Assembly: GCA_951406725.2 (NCBI GenBank)
Contig: OX597816.1
Location: forward strand, 147,002,001-147,066,000
Direction: 5' to 3'
Length of the DNA: 64,000 nucleotides
DNA from: Octopus vulgaris
Taxonomy: Eukaryota
The translations under genes and the position numbers were made by a program. The notes under the pieces are model-generated. The model ran no database searches. It was not told the DNA's origin and was given only the letters and a program-made list of their open reading frames with translations. Of the stretch, positions 27,540 to 42,129 are shown piece by piece (position 1 is the stretch's first letter; each line of letters begins with the position of its first letter).

Positions 27540-27880
27540 ACACTAGCGCACTTACAGGTAATATTCTCTGGGAACGCTAAAAAGCCCTTTTAAGAGTTAT
27601 TTACTTTGAATTGTTATTACGTCATATCTGATTAACCTGTTAGTATGTAACATGCTTCACAATTTTAGTATACATACTTTATTAGTATTTCCTTCTATGT
27701 TCTATATTCTCTGGGAACGTATTAATGCCCTTTTCGGGGCTACTTTATTTGTATTCTTACTATCAGGTAAATAATTTCATGTTATTGCATAAATGACTTT
27801 ACAATTTGGGTAATCATAACTTATTGGGAATTCCTAAAACCAACATCCTGCGTAAGACAGTTCAGTATTCTCTGTAATTA
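27540..27880. repeat. Diverged tandem duplication with period of about 145-160 bp
   Basis: tattctctgggaacg...gccctttt occurs near 27562 and 27705, tattctctg again near 27866, and acaattt segments are shared. Confidence 0.5.
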
Positions 27881-28008
27881 CAAAAAAAAAAAAACAGTTT
27901 ATGGGTTACATAACTTGTATTGCTGTGATTGGATTCGTAAAAGAATTATGAGAACGGTACCAATGGTTCAGCCCCGCTTTCCCGGGAATTACCAGGTACG
28001 TCTACTAG

Positions 28009-28040
<32 letters not shown>

Positions 28041-28086
28041 CATACATGTGTATGTATGTGTGTGTATGTATATGTATGCATGTATG

Positions 28087-28136
<50 letters not shown>

Positions 28137-28281
28137 CGCAGACGTGACTGGTAGTAAAAATCTTGCTTTACAATCACGACGTACTTGGTTCAGTTCCACT
28201 GCGCGGTGGGTACTCTAGATTCAGCCTTGTGAAGGGATTTCGTGGAAGGGATTTCGTGGAAGGAAACTGAAAGAAACCCGT

Positions 28282-28320
<39 letters not shown>

Positions 28321-28325
<5 letters not shown>

Positions 28326-28514
28326 ATCCAAACAAGAAAACACAGAAAAAAAGAGAAAAAAAGGAGAAAAAACACAGCAACGCAGGACGTGGAACAATTA
28401 AAGTATTATTGACGCTCAGGAAAGAAGGGAAGGAGGGTTTAACGTTTCGAGCGGAGCTCTTCGTCGGAAACAAGGAGAAGGAAAGATCCCAAAGAGGGAA
28501 GACAGAGGAGAAAA
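28321..28514 (-). mobile_element. PLE-derived short element with a hammerhead-like motif, inserted in the SINE's internal (TA)n
   Basis: Related to 44695-44880 (gtatt...acgctc.ggaa...tttaacgtttcgag...gctcttc). Confidence 0.7.
28437..28471 (-). ncRNA. Hammerhead-like motif with variant core CCGACGA
   Basis: Minus strand reads gttt-CCGACGA-A-GAGC-tcc-GCTC-GAAAC-GTT-aaac. Stems I and II pair perfectly and stem III is palindromic ACGT. Confidence 0.6.
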
Positions 28515-28761
28515 TCGCTTGACAATCGGTTCCGGTGTATTTAGGCCGCTGTAACTTAGTGGTTCAACAGAAGTGACCTATAGAATAAATACTAGGCTTA
28601 GATAGAATCCGATGGTCGATGCGTGCGACTGAAACCCCGGAAGGTGGTGCCCCAGCATAACCGCAGTGAAATGGCTGAATGAAATAAACGATAAATGATA
28701 TGTGTGTGTGCGTGTGTGAGTGTTTGGTTGTGTGTGTGTGTTTGGTTGTGTGTGTGTTTGG

Positions 28762-28805
<44 letters not shown>

Positions 28806-29136
28806 GCATTTATATATTGTGCGTATTGTTGCAATTATTTAGAAACGGCGAGAGACATGAACTCATTCATTTTAACAGTGGGACTCAAAGTGGATACGGC
28901 TAAGCAAAGGGAGAGTTTAAATATAGAATTCGGAAGTAAGATGGAAGATTATCCGTGGGGTATTCTGTAAACAGCTTTCGAATTTTCTATCCAAAGGGTT
29001 TTTATTCCAATACGTAAGATCTTATTTATACTTTTGTCTGCCTCGAGTTCCCTTTTGTATACGAATATAACTATCTATTTATCTAGACAACATGCACAAA
29101 TACACATATGGAAACATACACACATACACAGATAAG

Positions 29137-29215
<79 letters not shown>

Positions 29216-30368
29216 ATACATTTATATGAATATATATATACAAATATACATATGGACATACATATATGTATATATGTATGTGTGTTTGTATTTGTGCCTG
29301 TGAGTGTATGTTCGTGTGTGTGTATGTGTGTATGGCTATATGATATTTTTATCTTTAATAAAGTCGACTGAAATATCTTAAGGCAAATCGTCTGTAACAC
29401 AATTATCTTTCGAAGAAAGAAATTACATTAAAAATATCATGATCGATTGAAGTGATTTCCCTGTTTCTTTTAGAAGAATCTAATTTATTAATTGTGATGA
29501 TGTGATGTTGCTACAGCAAAACGAACTATCCTTAACATCCTATATTACTAGACTATGACAGTAGAATAGATTTATGATTCCATACAATGGAATATCGAGT
29601 GTTATAGTTTTACATTAATGGTCAGTGATCTGATTTGACGAAGAGTTTGTAAAAAAGCGTAGTATAATCATTTGGCCTTTCTTAATTTTGACACTGGCTG
29701 AATACTTTAAAATCAATTAGTTTACTTATGTTCGTGCGATGGGCTATCAAGTTGTATGTATTTATGTATTGCTTAGATAATTTGAATCTCACCTGTGTTG
29801 TGCTTTCAGCAAGTTACAAAAGTTCTACAAAACATATTAACAAAAGGATCTCGAACAAACGTGATTAAAATCACCGATAGGAAATTTTGCTGTACTTTAC
29901 GCAAACAATTTCAGACTTTTGATGTTCTTTCCACGCACATTAATTACTACATTATTTGACAGTCCGCTGAGACAGAATAAGTCTTGATGACTTCATTTAT
30001 ATCAAAAGGTAACATAGCCGCACTATATTAGAAATTGAATCGTAGGCTTTTGTTTTCATACTATTTGAATAACTCCTAATTATTTGATATTTCAACATTA
30101 TCGACACAACTGCAATCATATGAAAAGTTTAATTTATTACTTTAGTAGATATAGCTACTGTTTGTTAAGCCCTACTCTTAAGGGGACTATCAAATATAAA
30201 TGAACAAGACACAATATTCTCACATAATCTCATTTACAAAAGCTCGTCAAAGAAAAAATGATATCAAAGCACGTTTCCACTTGAGTAATAATCGACACAT
30301 TTTTACAAAATATACTAAGAAATCAAATTCATCCGTCTACATACATACGTATGTATGTATGCGTATGC

Positions 30369-30423
<55 letters not shown>

Positions 30424-30424
30424 A

Positions 30425-30645
30425 ATACAATGTACATTTAAACACATAAGAGATGACGATAATAGGATATCTGACACACTAGAAAGAGCAGTTAAAACTC
30501 CAAGCCACGAATAGTTGCAATCCTGAAAGGGAATGAAAAATTAAAAACATTTACCCTGTCTTTCCTTGGCATCCCGCTGATGAGGCAACGCTCTTTCTCG
30601 TGAGTCAGATGTCCTATTATGGTCATCTCTTATGTATTTTTCTAT
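30425..30645. mobile_element. Fold-back mini-element after (TA)n with an inverted repeat of about 50 bp and a CTGATGAG remnant
   Basis: 30440-30489 pairs with 30590-30639 with about 5 mismatches. ctgatgagg at 30577-30585 lies just before the right arm. Confidence 0.7.
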
Positions 30646-30764
30646 AAATAATATATAGTGTATTGACTAAATGTTTTCCTTCCCGCTGGACCACTGGTGG
30701 CAAAGAATGTTTCTATAAATTTTTTGTGCTACCCTAAGATTTTTTAATTATATATATACATAGG

Positions 30765-30904
<140 letters not shown>

Positions 30905-31039
30905 TACATATATACATATATACACATATATATATATACATATAGATATATAGATAAATAGATAGATAGATAGATAGATAGATAGATCGTTTGTAAAAAG
31001 CGTAAATTCGAAAAAAGAGGCACACTCTAAGATGTAGAG

Positions 31040-31192
31040 CAGTATATATTAAAAATGAGGAAGGCCCATGACCAAGGGATCGTTAGCCAAAAGGTTTTGG
31101 GGTCAGACGCTACGCCATAAAGATAAACCCTCTATGGATGGGTAACCGCAGGTAATCCCATAAACTGGCCTTCCCCATTATTAGTATATATA
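31040..31192. repeat. Short element with imperfect inverted ends, abutting (TA)n
   Basis: atatattaaaaatgaggaaggcc (about 31044-31066) pairs imperfectly with ggccttccccattattagtatat (31167-31189). Confidence 0.5.
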
Positions 31193-31301
31193 TATATATA
31201 TATATATATACAGAGATAGGGGGAAGAGAGAAAGTGAACTGTGCAGATTGACAGACACAAAAAAGAAAATATCTTTGTGCATACATTCTTGAAGTTCTTG
31301 T

Positions 31302-31497
31302 GGCGGCGAGCTGGCAGAAACGTTAGCATGCCGGGCGAAGTGCTTAGCGGTATTTCGTCTTTACGTTCTGAGTTCAAATTCCGCCGATATCGACTTTGAC
31401 CTTCATCCTTTTCGGGTCGATAAATTAAGTACCAGTTATGCATTGGGGCTCTCCCTCGAAATATCGGGCCTTGTACATAGAGCAGAAAAGTAGATAT
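31302..31497 (+). mobile_element. tRNA-derived SINE family A
   Basis: A-box-like TGGCAGAAACGTT, B-box-like GAGTTCAAATTCC and conserved core gacttt..cttcatccttttcgggtcgataaattaagtaccag. At least 8 related copies occur in the window. Confidence 0.85.
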
Positions 31498-33329
31498 TGT
31501 TGGAGTTCTAACTGTTTTTCCGTCTTTTCTTTTCTGTAAATGTATGAGAAAGACTGACAAGCCCTTTCTTTCTTTGGTAGGGTCTGTTTTTGTGATTATG
31601 GCGTTGTTCAATTCAACAATCTTTGGCGGAAAATCTTTCATATCATCGTTTAGATGTTAATAATCACTTGTTTGTCTTTATATGTGTGTGTCTGTGTGCG
31701 CGCGTAATGTGTGTATTTGTGTGTGTGCATGTGTATTGGCTGTGTATGTAAGTGCGTATTCAAGGATTAAATTTTTACACACCATGAAATTAACCCCTGC
31801 ATTGGTTGTACTAGTGCAGCATTCCTCCGTATATTGACTATGCTATTAAATTTCGCAAAACAAATAAAGTATTTATGACAAAAAGAAAAAAATCACCCGT
31901 ATAGAAAACACAGGTCCTATATATAGAATTTTTACCGAAACACAATATTAGACGAATGAATAAGGACGTTTTACTAACAGAAAAATACTAGCAAAAATGA
32001 ATACGTAGTTACAAGACATAAGAGATTAATAATGGAAATTGACGAATATTTCCTACCAATAAAAAATTTTATCGTGCCCTGGAAAATAGAAAACAACTGT
32101 ATTTTGATCTTTCACGATACCTAGCAGTTCAGCGCAAAGCGCATATGAAGAATAAGGATGAAACTGAGTTATCTGCAAAATATTATTCGATTAATGGATT
32201 TAGAAAAGTTGATGCTACACGCTCAAGACAAGGAAGTCTGAAAAAGCTTTAATAAAACAACTAAACTCATACGTAAATATTAATATACATTTATTCCAAG
32301 ACAAGTGGTTTCCTGTTTGTGAGCGCATATACGTTCACGGACATGTGTGTGAGTAAATGTGTGTATGTATGTGTGCGTGTGTGTGTGTGTGTGTGTATGT
32401 TGTATGTACATACAGCGAATGACACAGCTTGGAATAAACAAAGAAAATATGCGAGTGAAAAAAATGAATACGGGAAACGTGCGAAAATAATGAGCAATAT
32501 ACTGGGAAAACTAAATACATAGGAAAAGTTATCTTCGTATGTGTGTGCGTGTATGTGTGTGTGTGTGTGCGTGTGTGTGTGTGTGTGCGTGTTCGCGCGT
32601 ATTAGGAAGTGTGTATAGTATATGTATATATGAAGGAAGAGAAGAGATCGAGAGAGCATAGACAGAGCTGTAGGACTTTGAGCCGCCTAATAGGCGGCAC
32701 GAAATATACGGTACATTGATTTCAGCTGTCTTAGAGTGATTAGGTTCTTTGTGATGTTAAGTTTATTTTAGTTTACCATAGTATTTTAGCATTTCTCTCT
32801 TATTCACTAAATCCGCCAATGTCTCTCGTAATTGCACTGTACGTTTAGGTAGATGCACAAACACGTAACTACCCCTTATTCATAATGAGACAGACAAGCG
32901 CAATCATATATTTGATGCATATACACATTGGTATGGGATTATCAAAAAACAAAAAAAACGTTTTTAAAGTATTCAGCGTCAAATTACTTTTTAAACATAT
33001 ATTTTCTATGTATTTGAGTTTCGATTTTCCGACAGTATGTCTGTCTACCGTCGTTATCTGCTTTTATAAGAATGTCAAAGATCAAATACTTTCTTTCTTT
33101 ACGATACCTAATTTAACGCGTATTGTCACTTTTCTGCAAATAAATGATTCGTAGAATTGGCTGAGTATACCGAGGACAATGAAGTGGTACACATAGAAAT
33201 ATAAATTATAAATATATAACTTTCTTTAAGTTATATTTCTTTCACATGAAGGCGATTTACTTCCCAAATAATTTATTACACTTTGTTCACTCACTTACAT
33301 TCACCTAAATATACATATATATATATATA

Positions 33330-33727
33330 TTGGGTCATCCCATAAATAATGCTGTTTTTTTCATACTTCTATATGTCTGGTAGACTTGCAATGCCCACCT
33401 TCCAAAGTTCACTCATCCCTGACAAAAAATACTCCTCTAAGTACTGTTCTGACCTCGTCAAAAGAAATCACATTTATCCGTCCAAATAATTTAAAAGACT
33501 GCAGGATAAATATACCGAAAATACTCCTTTGTCACTCCCAATATAGCTTTAAGAAAATAACTGCTAAAATCGAATTGCACTCTTCAAAACTCGCACTAAC
33601 AATAAGGACAAGGTAAATTTACTACCACCTGCTTTTATAGCAAGTTGACGCAGATAGTTTATCCCGCCTTTCTCTGATTTTTACTTCGTGTAATTGAAAA
33701 AACCGTATTATTTATGAGATGACCCAA
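33330..33727 (-). mobile_element. Internally deleted mariner (Tc1/mariner) element / MITE
   Basis: TIRs ttgggtcatcccataaataatgc and gtattatttatgagatgacccaa, flanked by TA. Minus-strand remnants GVTKEYFR and NVISFDEVRTVL resemble mariner transposase N- and C-termini. Confidence 0.8.
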
Positions 33728-33922
33728 TATATACATGTGAGTAGACAAACGAAAGAAGGCGCAAATGCAATTTATTGGGAATTACATGTATGGATCAAAC
33801 CAGTTTGATTCAAATTCGTTGGTACACTTGAATTTCAAGCGCGATGCTAGTCGTCAGCCATTTTGAATTTGAATGACAGCAGTTGATTTTTATTACCAGA
33901 ACGTGAGCTGCAATTGGTTGAG

Positions 33923-34833
33923 GAAGGTCACGCGCTGTTTTTTTTTTTGCTGTTGGTCTATGAGTAACAGTTAGTTGGAAAATACCGCATGGTGAACAGG
34001 AAATTGAATAGGACAGTGAATAGACCACGTGGTGATTAGAGGTCGGTCAGGTGGCATGCGTAAGTATATTGCGTCACCATATTCACCCGGTCCCTCCAAC
34101 TGCCAGCTCTGCCTCCGCGAAAATCTGCATATCTTCCAATAACCCGCCGTATCCATGAACAATAAAGTACAATTTATCGCATTGCTGTCACCAAAGATAT
34201 ACCATCTTAGCAGCAGCTCTTACTCAGCACCCCCTGGACCAAGGTCACCGCTACACAACACCCATTTACTAATCCGCAACGTTTACCGACCCCTAACACA
34301 TACCAATCCCCAACGCTTGTTTTGCGCGTGCATAATCGCATACGTGCGTGTGCGAATGCATATGTGCATGCATATGCGTGTGTACGTCTGCACACTGGTA
34401 TGCATGCGTACATACATGCGAATATACGTATGTACATAAGAATGAATACGCATGTGGCTGTGTATGCGAATATCTTTGTTCATGTGTGAGTATGCTTGTG
34501 AGTGCGTGTATGTGTGCGCGTGCGTTTTCGTCCAAGCGTGTGATTGTGTGTGATTGTGTGTGTAAGTGTTTTTGTGTGCAGACGTGCGCATGCGTATAAC
34601 TGCGCACACTCACGTCAACATACACATGCACACGAAACTACACACTCACATATAAAACTATATACTCGCACATGCCGCCCCTTGACCCTTCTCCCAAGAA
34701 CCTGATCAATTTCTAATCGCCACGTGGTCTATTTCCTGTCCTCCACGTGGTCAATTTCCTGCTCACCATGCGGTATTTTCCAACTAACAGTTACCTGTAT
34801 AACAACATCAAACCATGATACCGCGTGACCTTC
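33923..34833. mobile_element. MITE-like element of about 910 bp with long imperfect TIRs (about 130 bp)
   Basis: gaaggtcacgcg...gtaacagttagttggaaaataccgcatggtgaacaggaaattga...atagaccacgtggtgattaga pairs with tctaatcgccacgtggtctat...tcaatttcctgctcaccatgcggtattttccaactaacagttac...cgcgtgaccttc. Confidence 0.8.
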
Positions 34834-34839
34834 TGGAAA

Positions 34840-35560
34840 ATAGCCATCTGCACTCCATGCAGATCTCTCAGATGATTTAACAAGGTATTAAAGAGCCGTG
34901 ATCCCTTGGGTACCAAGGTATTTCAGTACATTGTCCTCAGAGTAGATGAGAGGGTTGTAACCTATAGAACTATGAAGAATTCAGTGACTTCTAGTTTGGG
35001 AGCTGCTCTAGCTCTCGAAGTCAAAGTTTGGTGCCAACCGCTCCAGGAACTTCCATACTGAATATTACTTCCATCTTCGCTCCAGGAGACAGATTCGGAG
35101 TACTTTCGTTCTCTCTCAGTTGTTCAGCGGTTGCGTCGATGCAATTTTCATTGTATAGTACTGTTAAAACTGCCTCAAGGTCCGTTATTAATCTGACATT
35201 GTGTGGTGACCACAGTAGTGGGCAATAGTCCAGAGGGCTGCAGACAAATACCCACCATAGAAACAACCTAATTTCTACATCTCTTGCTCTGAAAGTTCTC
35301 AGACTCTATCCGGCCATTCGCCTGTATATTGCCATTATTTTGGTAACATGCACGTGAAACGAAGCGTTTTTGCTTACGTCAGTCCTCAAAATACGGAATG
35401 TCTTTCACTCTGGTATTAACGCTCCTTTTGGTCAAAAGTATCTTTATTGTGTCATATTAGCCGAAAGTACCCGATAACGGAGGGATTAGAATTTTCCTGC
35501 TTTAAATTTCATGTTGTTCTCTCTACTCAACTTACATATGGCATCTAAGTTTTTCTATCC
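34840..35560 (-). mobile_element. Decayed CR1/Jockey-group LINE fragment (post-RT region)
   Basis: FVCSPLDYCPLLWSPHNVRLITDLEAV matches the L(E/D)YC..LWSP...LE.VQ motif. GWI..TFRARD and LVPNF-like remnants lie in neighbouring frames. Confidence 0.75.
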
Positions 35561-35896
35561 GTATATAGTATGTATTCCTACTAATGAAAAGTTTTACGGA
35601 AAATATGCCGTTCTACCTAATATAATTTTAATATTATTTTAATACGCATTTGATGTGTGCTTGATTTCAAAGAAGCTATATGATGTTTCACAAGCACTCA
35701 GCTCGGGGTACACTGCATCTTATCGTAGAAACAATTTTAAGCTGATGAACGTGTGCGTACGTTACATCTGTTCTTTTCTAATTCATTAATTAAAATTACG
35801 CTCTCTACTCGCCTATCGATTAAAGCTAAAGCAAAGCATAGGTAAATCTAGATATAACACCAGCTAATTATTATTCTTACACCTAAGGGAAATCAC

Positions 35897-35982
<86 letters not shown>

Positions 35983-35991
35983 ATATATATG

Positions 35992-36049
<58 letters not shown>

Positions 36050-36739
36050 TATATATATATACATATACATATATACATACATGCACACGCACACTTACAC
36101 ATATGTGTATATTTCGCGGACATACACACATTCTCACACATACCAGACACACACCTGCCTACGCTATAAAATATTTAACACCATTATAGATATTTTGATT
36201 GGAATTAAACACTGAACTTTCCAAATGTTAGTTTGTTTGATTTTTTATTTATTTATTTATTTATACGTAGCTGTACATGAATTTTCTCACCTACCTTGCT
36301 ATCTGAAACATCAAGTAAGGAGGTGAATGTATTCCAACGGTGAAGAACGTGCTAAGTATTCTCTTAGGAGCAGCAAAATCTAAAAAAGATAATTTACTAA
36401 TTTTCAACAACATCAGGAATATTTAGAAAAGAATATCAGAGCAATAAAATTATTCATATATCTTCGATAGGAAAATAGCGAAATATAATAGTGTTCAATG
36501 CATGAATACATTGTATATATATATAATATACTCTAATATATTAATTTTTTTCTATTATGAATACAAAATAAGACTGTTTCCATACAGGGATCATTGTAAG
36601 AAATTGGTTGAATAGAATTGCTTATTATTGATACAAATTTCTATGCAATATATACAATGATACAACTGACGTAATATCTTATCTCGTTGTAATCGTGTTG
36701 TCGTGTTGTATATCTGGAATCACTGCAATAGTGGAATAT

Positions 36740-37010
36740 AAACACTATCCCTATAAGCATACGTCCAGATTATTATCAATCGTATCTCTATGTTCGTATA
36801 TATTTTGCCAACTGTGTTGAATGTAGTAAGATAATACATGTCGAACAAACTAAATACATATATGTTCTCAAACAGAAAATACACTTTTATAAACGTGGAC
36901 CAGTCAATAAACAGAGACACAAAGACCACATGGAATATACAATAACTGTTATATAGAAGATGAAAATATATGCTAGGGTTATCATTGTCCTTAAGAATAA
37001 TCGATTGTTT
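36740..37010 (+). mobile_element. Possible highly decayed PLE GIY-YIG remnant
   Basis: IYFANCVECSKIIHVEQT resembles IY...C..C...YIGQT. There is no other strong support. Confidence 0.3.
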
Positions 37011-37559
37011 CACGTCTTTGTCGGTGCGTGTTTCCTATAGTTGATATTTCCAAGGACAAAATTATTATGCTGTATTGGCAAATGCATTCAGTTTATCACA
37101 CAAATGTGTGGGCGTCAGTGTCAGCTTGAATATTCGTACGAATGTTTGTAATGCGCATGTGTGTGTATTTGTGTGTGTGTGCGTGCGTGTGTGTGTGTGT
37201 GTGTGTGTGTGAAGGACGCTGTCCTTGTTTATATGTAATTGGTATGATGCCCAAAATTCCGATCTATGCAGAAAAGATTACACTTTGGTAAAGTTTATGG
37301 GTTTCTTTGCTAAAAAGCCATAACATTTAAAGAACTATAGAAAACGATGTTTCATTCATCGACAAGAGAAGTGAGTTGTCTTTGTAGCAATCTCCTCGCA
37401 TGTATCTCATATTCTAATCTGGAGACTTATCTGTAAAAGAGTGACTAGATTAAAATCTCACAAGAGCCATAGACAACGATATAGTACGAAATAGAAAAAT
37501 AAAGTTTATAAAATGAAAATTGGTTGTTGGAATCATACATAGAAATCAACGAGATAATC

Positions 37560-38241
37560 ACAGTGCTACGAACTTTTGCAGATTAATTGGTCGAAAGGTG
37601 ACTCACACTGTTAGTGCTTGTGAAAGTCTTGCGAAGAAAGATTTACAAGCGAAAACATGACAAGCAACCCAAAACATTCACTAGCTGTTATGCCAGAAGT
37701 ATGGATACGAGGTAGCGAGTGCTTGGTACCAACATACACCAGAAAAGGTAATGGACGAAAAGGAGAAGGCAAAAATCCTCTGGGACTTTAACATTCAGAC
37801 AAACAAGGTGTTAGAGCACCGTAGGCAGGATAAAGTAACCTTTAGCGGGGACAAACAAGATTGTCTAATAATCGACGTGGTAGTGTCAGGAGGTCAATAT
37901 ATTGTCTTCGAAGAAAGAGAAAAGATTGATAAATATGGAGACCTGAGAACTGAGATCGCCAAGATGAGGTAGCTACAAGATTCGAACATAAATGTTTTCC
38001 CTGTTGTAATCGGAACGTTGGGTTCAATATCAGGCAAGTTGAGAAACCCCTGGAAACTTCAGAAATACACTACAATCTTGGTGAATTGTAAAAATCGGCA
38101 TTACTAGGAACTGCACGGATATTTCGCAAAGTAATGTCTATCATTGGTCCTTGTTGTGACTTGACAGACAGTACACACCCCGGGTAGACACAATATCTTC
38201 AAGCAACAACAAGAGGATATTGCAAATTGTGCGACGTCTTC
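37560..38241 (+). mobile_element. R4/Dong-type RLE LINE 3' fragment
   Basis: WYQHTPEKVMDEKEKAKILWDFNIQTNKVLEHRRQD..CLIIDV...EEREKIDKYGDLRTEIAKM..FPVVIGTLGSI..KSALLGTARIFRKV, followed by (TAA)n. Confidence 0.88.
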
Positions 38242-39860
<1,619 letters not shown>

Positions 39861-40061
39861 TTCACCTTGGGTTCCAGCGTTATTAACACCGTTATTTGAT
39901 ACACTTGTGTTAGACATTTTCACTCTACAATGAGGTTTGTGTTTTAAGGTTAGCCACCAACCGGTATTTTCATCGAGACACGATCTCTAGTAAAATTGTT
40001 TACCAAGACTGCAAAGCTAAAACCACCCGTAAGTTGGTCCTGAAACCTTTGCATTTCTGTG

Positions 40062-40187
<126 letters not shown>

Positions 40188-40191
40188 GTAC

Positions 40192-40410
40192 GTCGGCGAG
40201 CTGGTAGAATTGTTAGCAAGCAGGACAAACGACTTAGCGGTGTTTCGCCTGTCACTACTCTCTGCGTTCAAATTCCACCGAGGTTGACTTTGTCTTTCAT
40301 CGTTTCGGGGTCGATGAATTAAGTATAAGTTGAATACTGGGGTCGATGTAATCGACTTATCCCCTCCCGAAAAATTGCTGCCCTTGCGACTAAATTTGAA
40401 ACCATTATTA
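40192..40410 (+). mobile_element. SINE family A, first of a tandem pair
   Basis: gtcggcgagctggtagaattgttagc...gttcaaattccaccgaggttgactttgtctttcatcgtttcggggtcgat...aaatttgaaaccattatt. Confidence 0.85.
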
Positions 40411-40415
40411 TTTAA

Positions 40416-40635
40416 ATCGGTGAGGTGGCAGAATCGTTAGCACGCGGGGCAAAACGCATAGCGGCATTTCGTCCGTCACTGTTTTCTGAGCTTAAATTCT
40501 GCCGAGGTCGACATTGCTTTTCATCCTTTCGAGTTTGATAAAATAAGTATCAGTTGAATACTGGGTTCGATGCAATCGACTCATACCCTCACCCAAAATG
40601 CTGCTATTGTGGCAAAATTTGAAGCCAATATTATT
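40416..40635 (+). mobile_element. SINE family A, second of a tandem pair
   Basis: cggtgaggtggcagaatcgttagcacg...gccgaggtcgac...ttcatcctttcgagtttgataaaataagtatcagttgaatactggg...aaaatttgaagccaatatt. Confidence 0.85.
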
Positions 40636-40737
40636 AGTTGCTGAAATCTCTCAGCTTATTTTGCTGGGTATGATAGAACGTGTGAGCTGCCAACAGCAAA
40701 CAGGCTAAGGTGACATTTGTTTAATGACCATGCTATT

Positions 40738-40772
<35 letters not shown>

Positions 40773-40959
40773 TATTATTATTACCATTTTTATTATTATA
40801 TGTGTGGTCGTTGCAATAACAACAACAACAACATCTATAATCATAAACCATCCAACAAGTAGACAATATGTAGATATACGTGTATTCACATATGTATATA
40901 TGAAGGTATGTATGTATAGATGTATATCTATATCTATACCCATACGTAAGTATTTATAT

Positions 40960-41000
<41 letters not shown>

Positions 41001-41835
41001 GATGTATACATACGTATGGGTATAGATATAGATATGCATCTATACATACATACCATCGGGAGAATTTACAATATATGAATATATATATATTCATATATAT
41101 TCACATATGTCCGTGTGTGTATGTGTGTGTGTGTGTTATGTGCGTACGTTTGTGTGTGTTTACAAAGAAAAGAAAAGAGTAATCAATACTTTGCACACAG
41201 ACTATATTTAATAGTACTCATTTGTTTATCCACGCCATTGTTACTCGGAGCTCTACACATTAAATTTATACGTCTGAACAATCACATAGAATATTGAATG
41301 AATGTCTACACGTATAATTTCCATGTATGAAACTTCAAGTGATATTGGGGTAAATGACTCGTGAAGTATATATGTGCATACATGCGTGTGCGCCCTGTAT
41401 GTGTAGGTGTGTGTGTTTCTGTGTGTGTGTGTGTGTATGTGTGTGTAAGAGAGAGTGTACATTTGTTTGGTTGGCTCTTAGCTATATTGATACATGTCAG
41501 AGAAATATATACTGAATTGATCTCATCACTTTCAATGTTTGATATGATGATATTTCCACGGAATTGCCTTTGCATAGTTATCAGGCCTTTTCGAAATCAA
41601 TTTGTCTTGTGGCCATACATGCTATGTGAGATTGCCAAATATCGTCTCCATTCTTTGAACGAGAATGTGGTAGAGTAATATGAGATTTCTGAAGGCGTAT
41701 GTGTTAATCATTCACACTAGCTCAAAAGCGGCTGCTCGAAAATCATTTATATCATGTCGACAGAACAGATGAGTTTTCTTGGTTGTGGTCGGCTAGCAAC
41801 TGTCAGGGTACAGGTTCTACTCATGGATGTTTATT

Positions 41836-42129
41836 ATTTTTGTTTGTTCCTTCTCGAGCCATGTCTGGCTCATAAGGGCGAGTTTCCTGGTTTCATTGGC
41901 GTATAGTTTCCCCACCTGGACGGGACGCCGGTCCGTCGCAGGTGAGCTGAATGATACAGGAGGAAAGAGTGAGAGAAAGTTGTGGCGAAAGAGTCAGCAG
42001 AAGTTTGCAATTCCCTTCTGCCGGAGCCACGTGGAGCTTAGGTGTTTCGCTCATAAACACACACATCGCCCGATATGATGTTCGAACCTGCGATCCCTCG
42101 ACCGCGAGTCCGCTGCTCTAACTTCCACA
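41836..42129 (-). mobile_element. tRNA-derived SINE family C with candidate 10-bp TSD
   Basis: Minus-strand head ttagagcagcggactcgcggtcgagggatcgcaggttcgaac matches 57511-57670. gatgtttatt is duplicated at 41826-41835 and 42130-42139. Confidence 0.8.

Larger units (their letters stand above)
28135..28697 (+). mobile_element. SINE family B copy interrupted by an insertion
   Basis: The 5' half 28135-28284 (gtgactggtagtaa...ggttcagttccactgcg...aactgaaagaaacccgt) and the 3' half 28515-28697 (cgcttgacaatcg...ccagcataaccgcagt..aatggctga) match 49756-50182. Confidence 0.75.
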
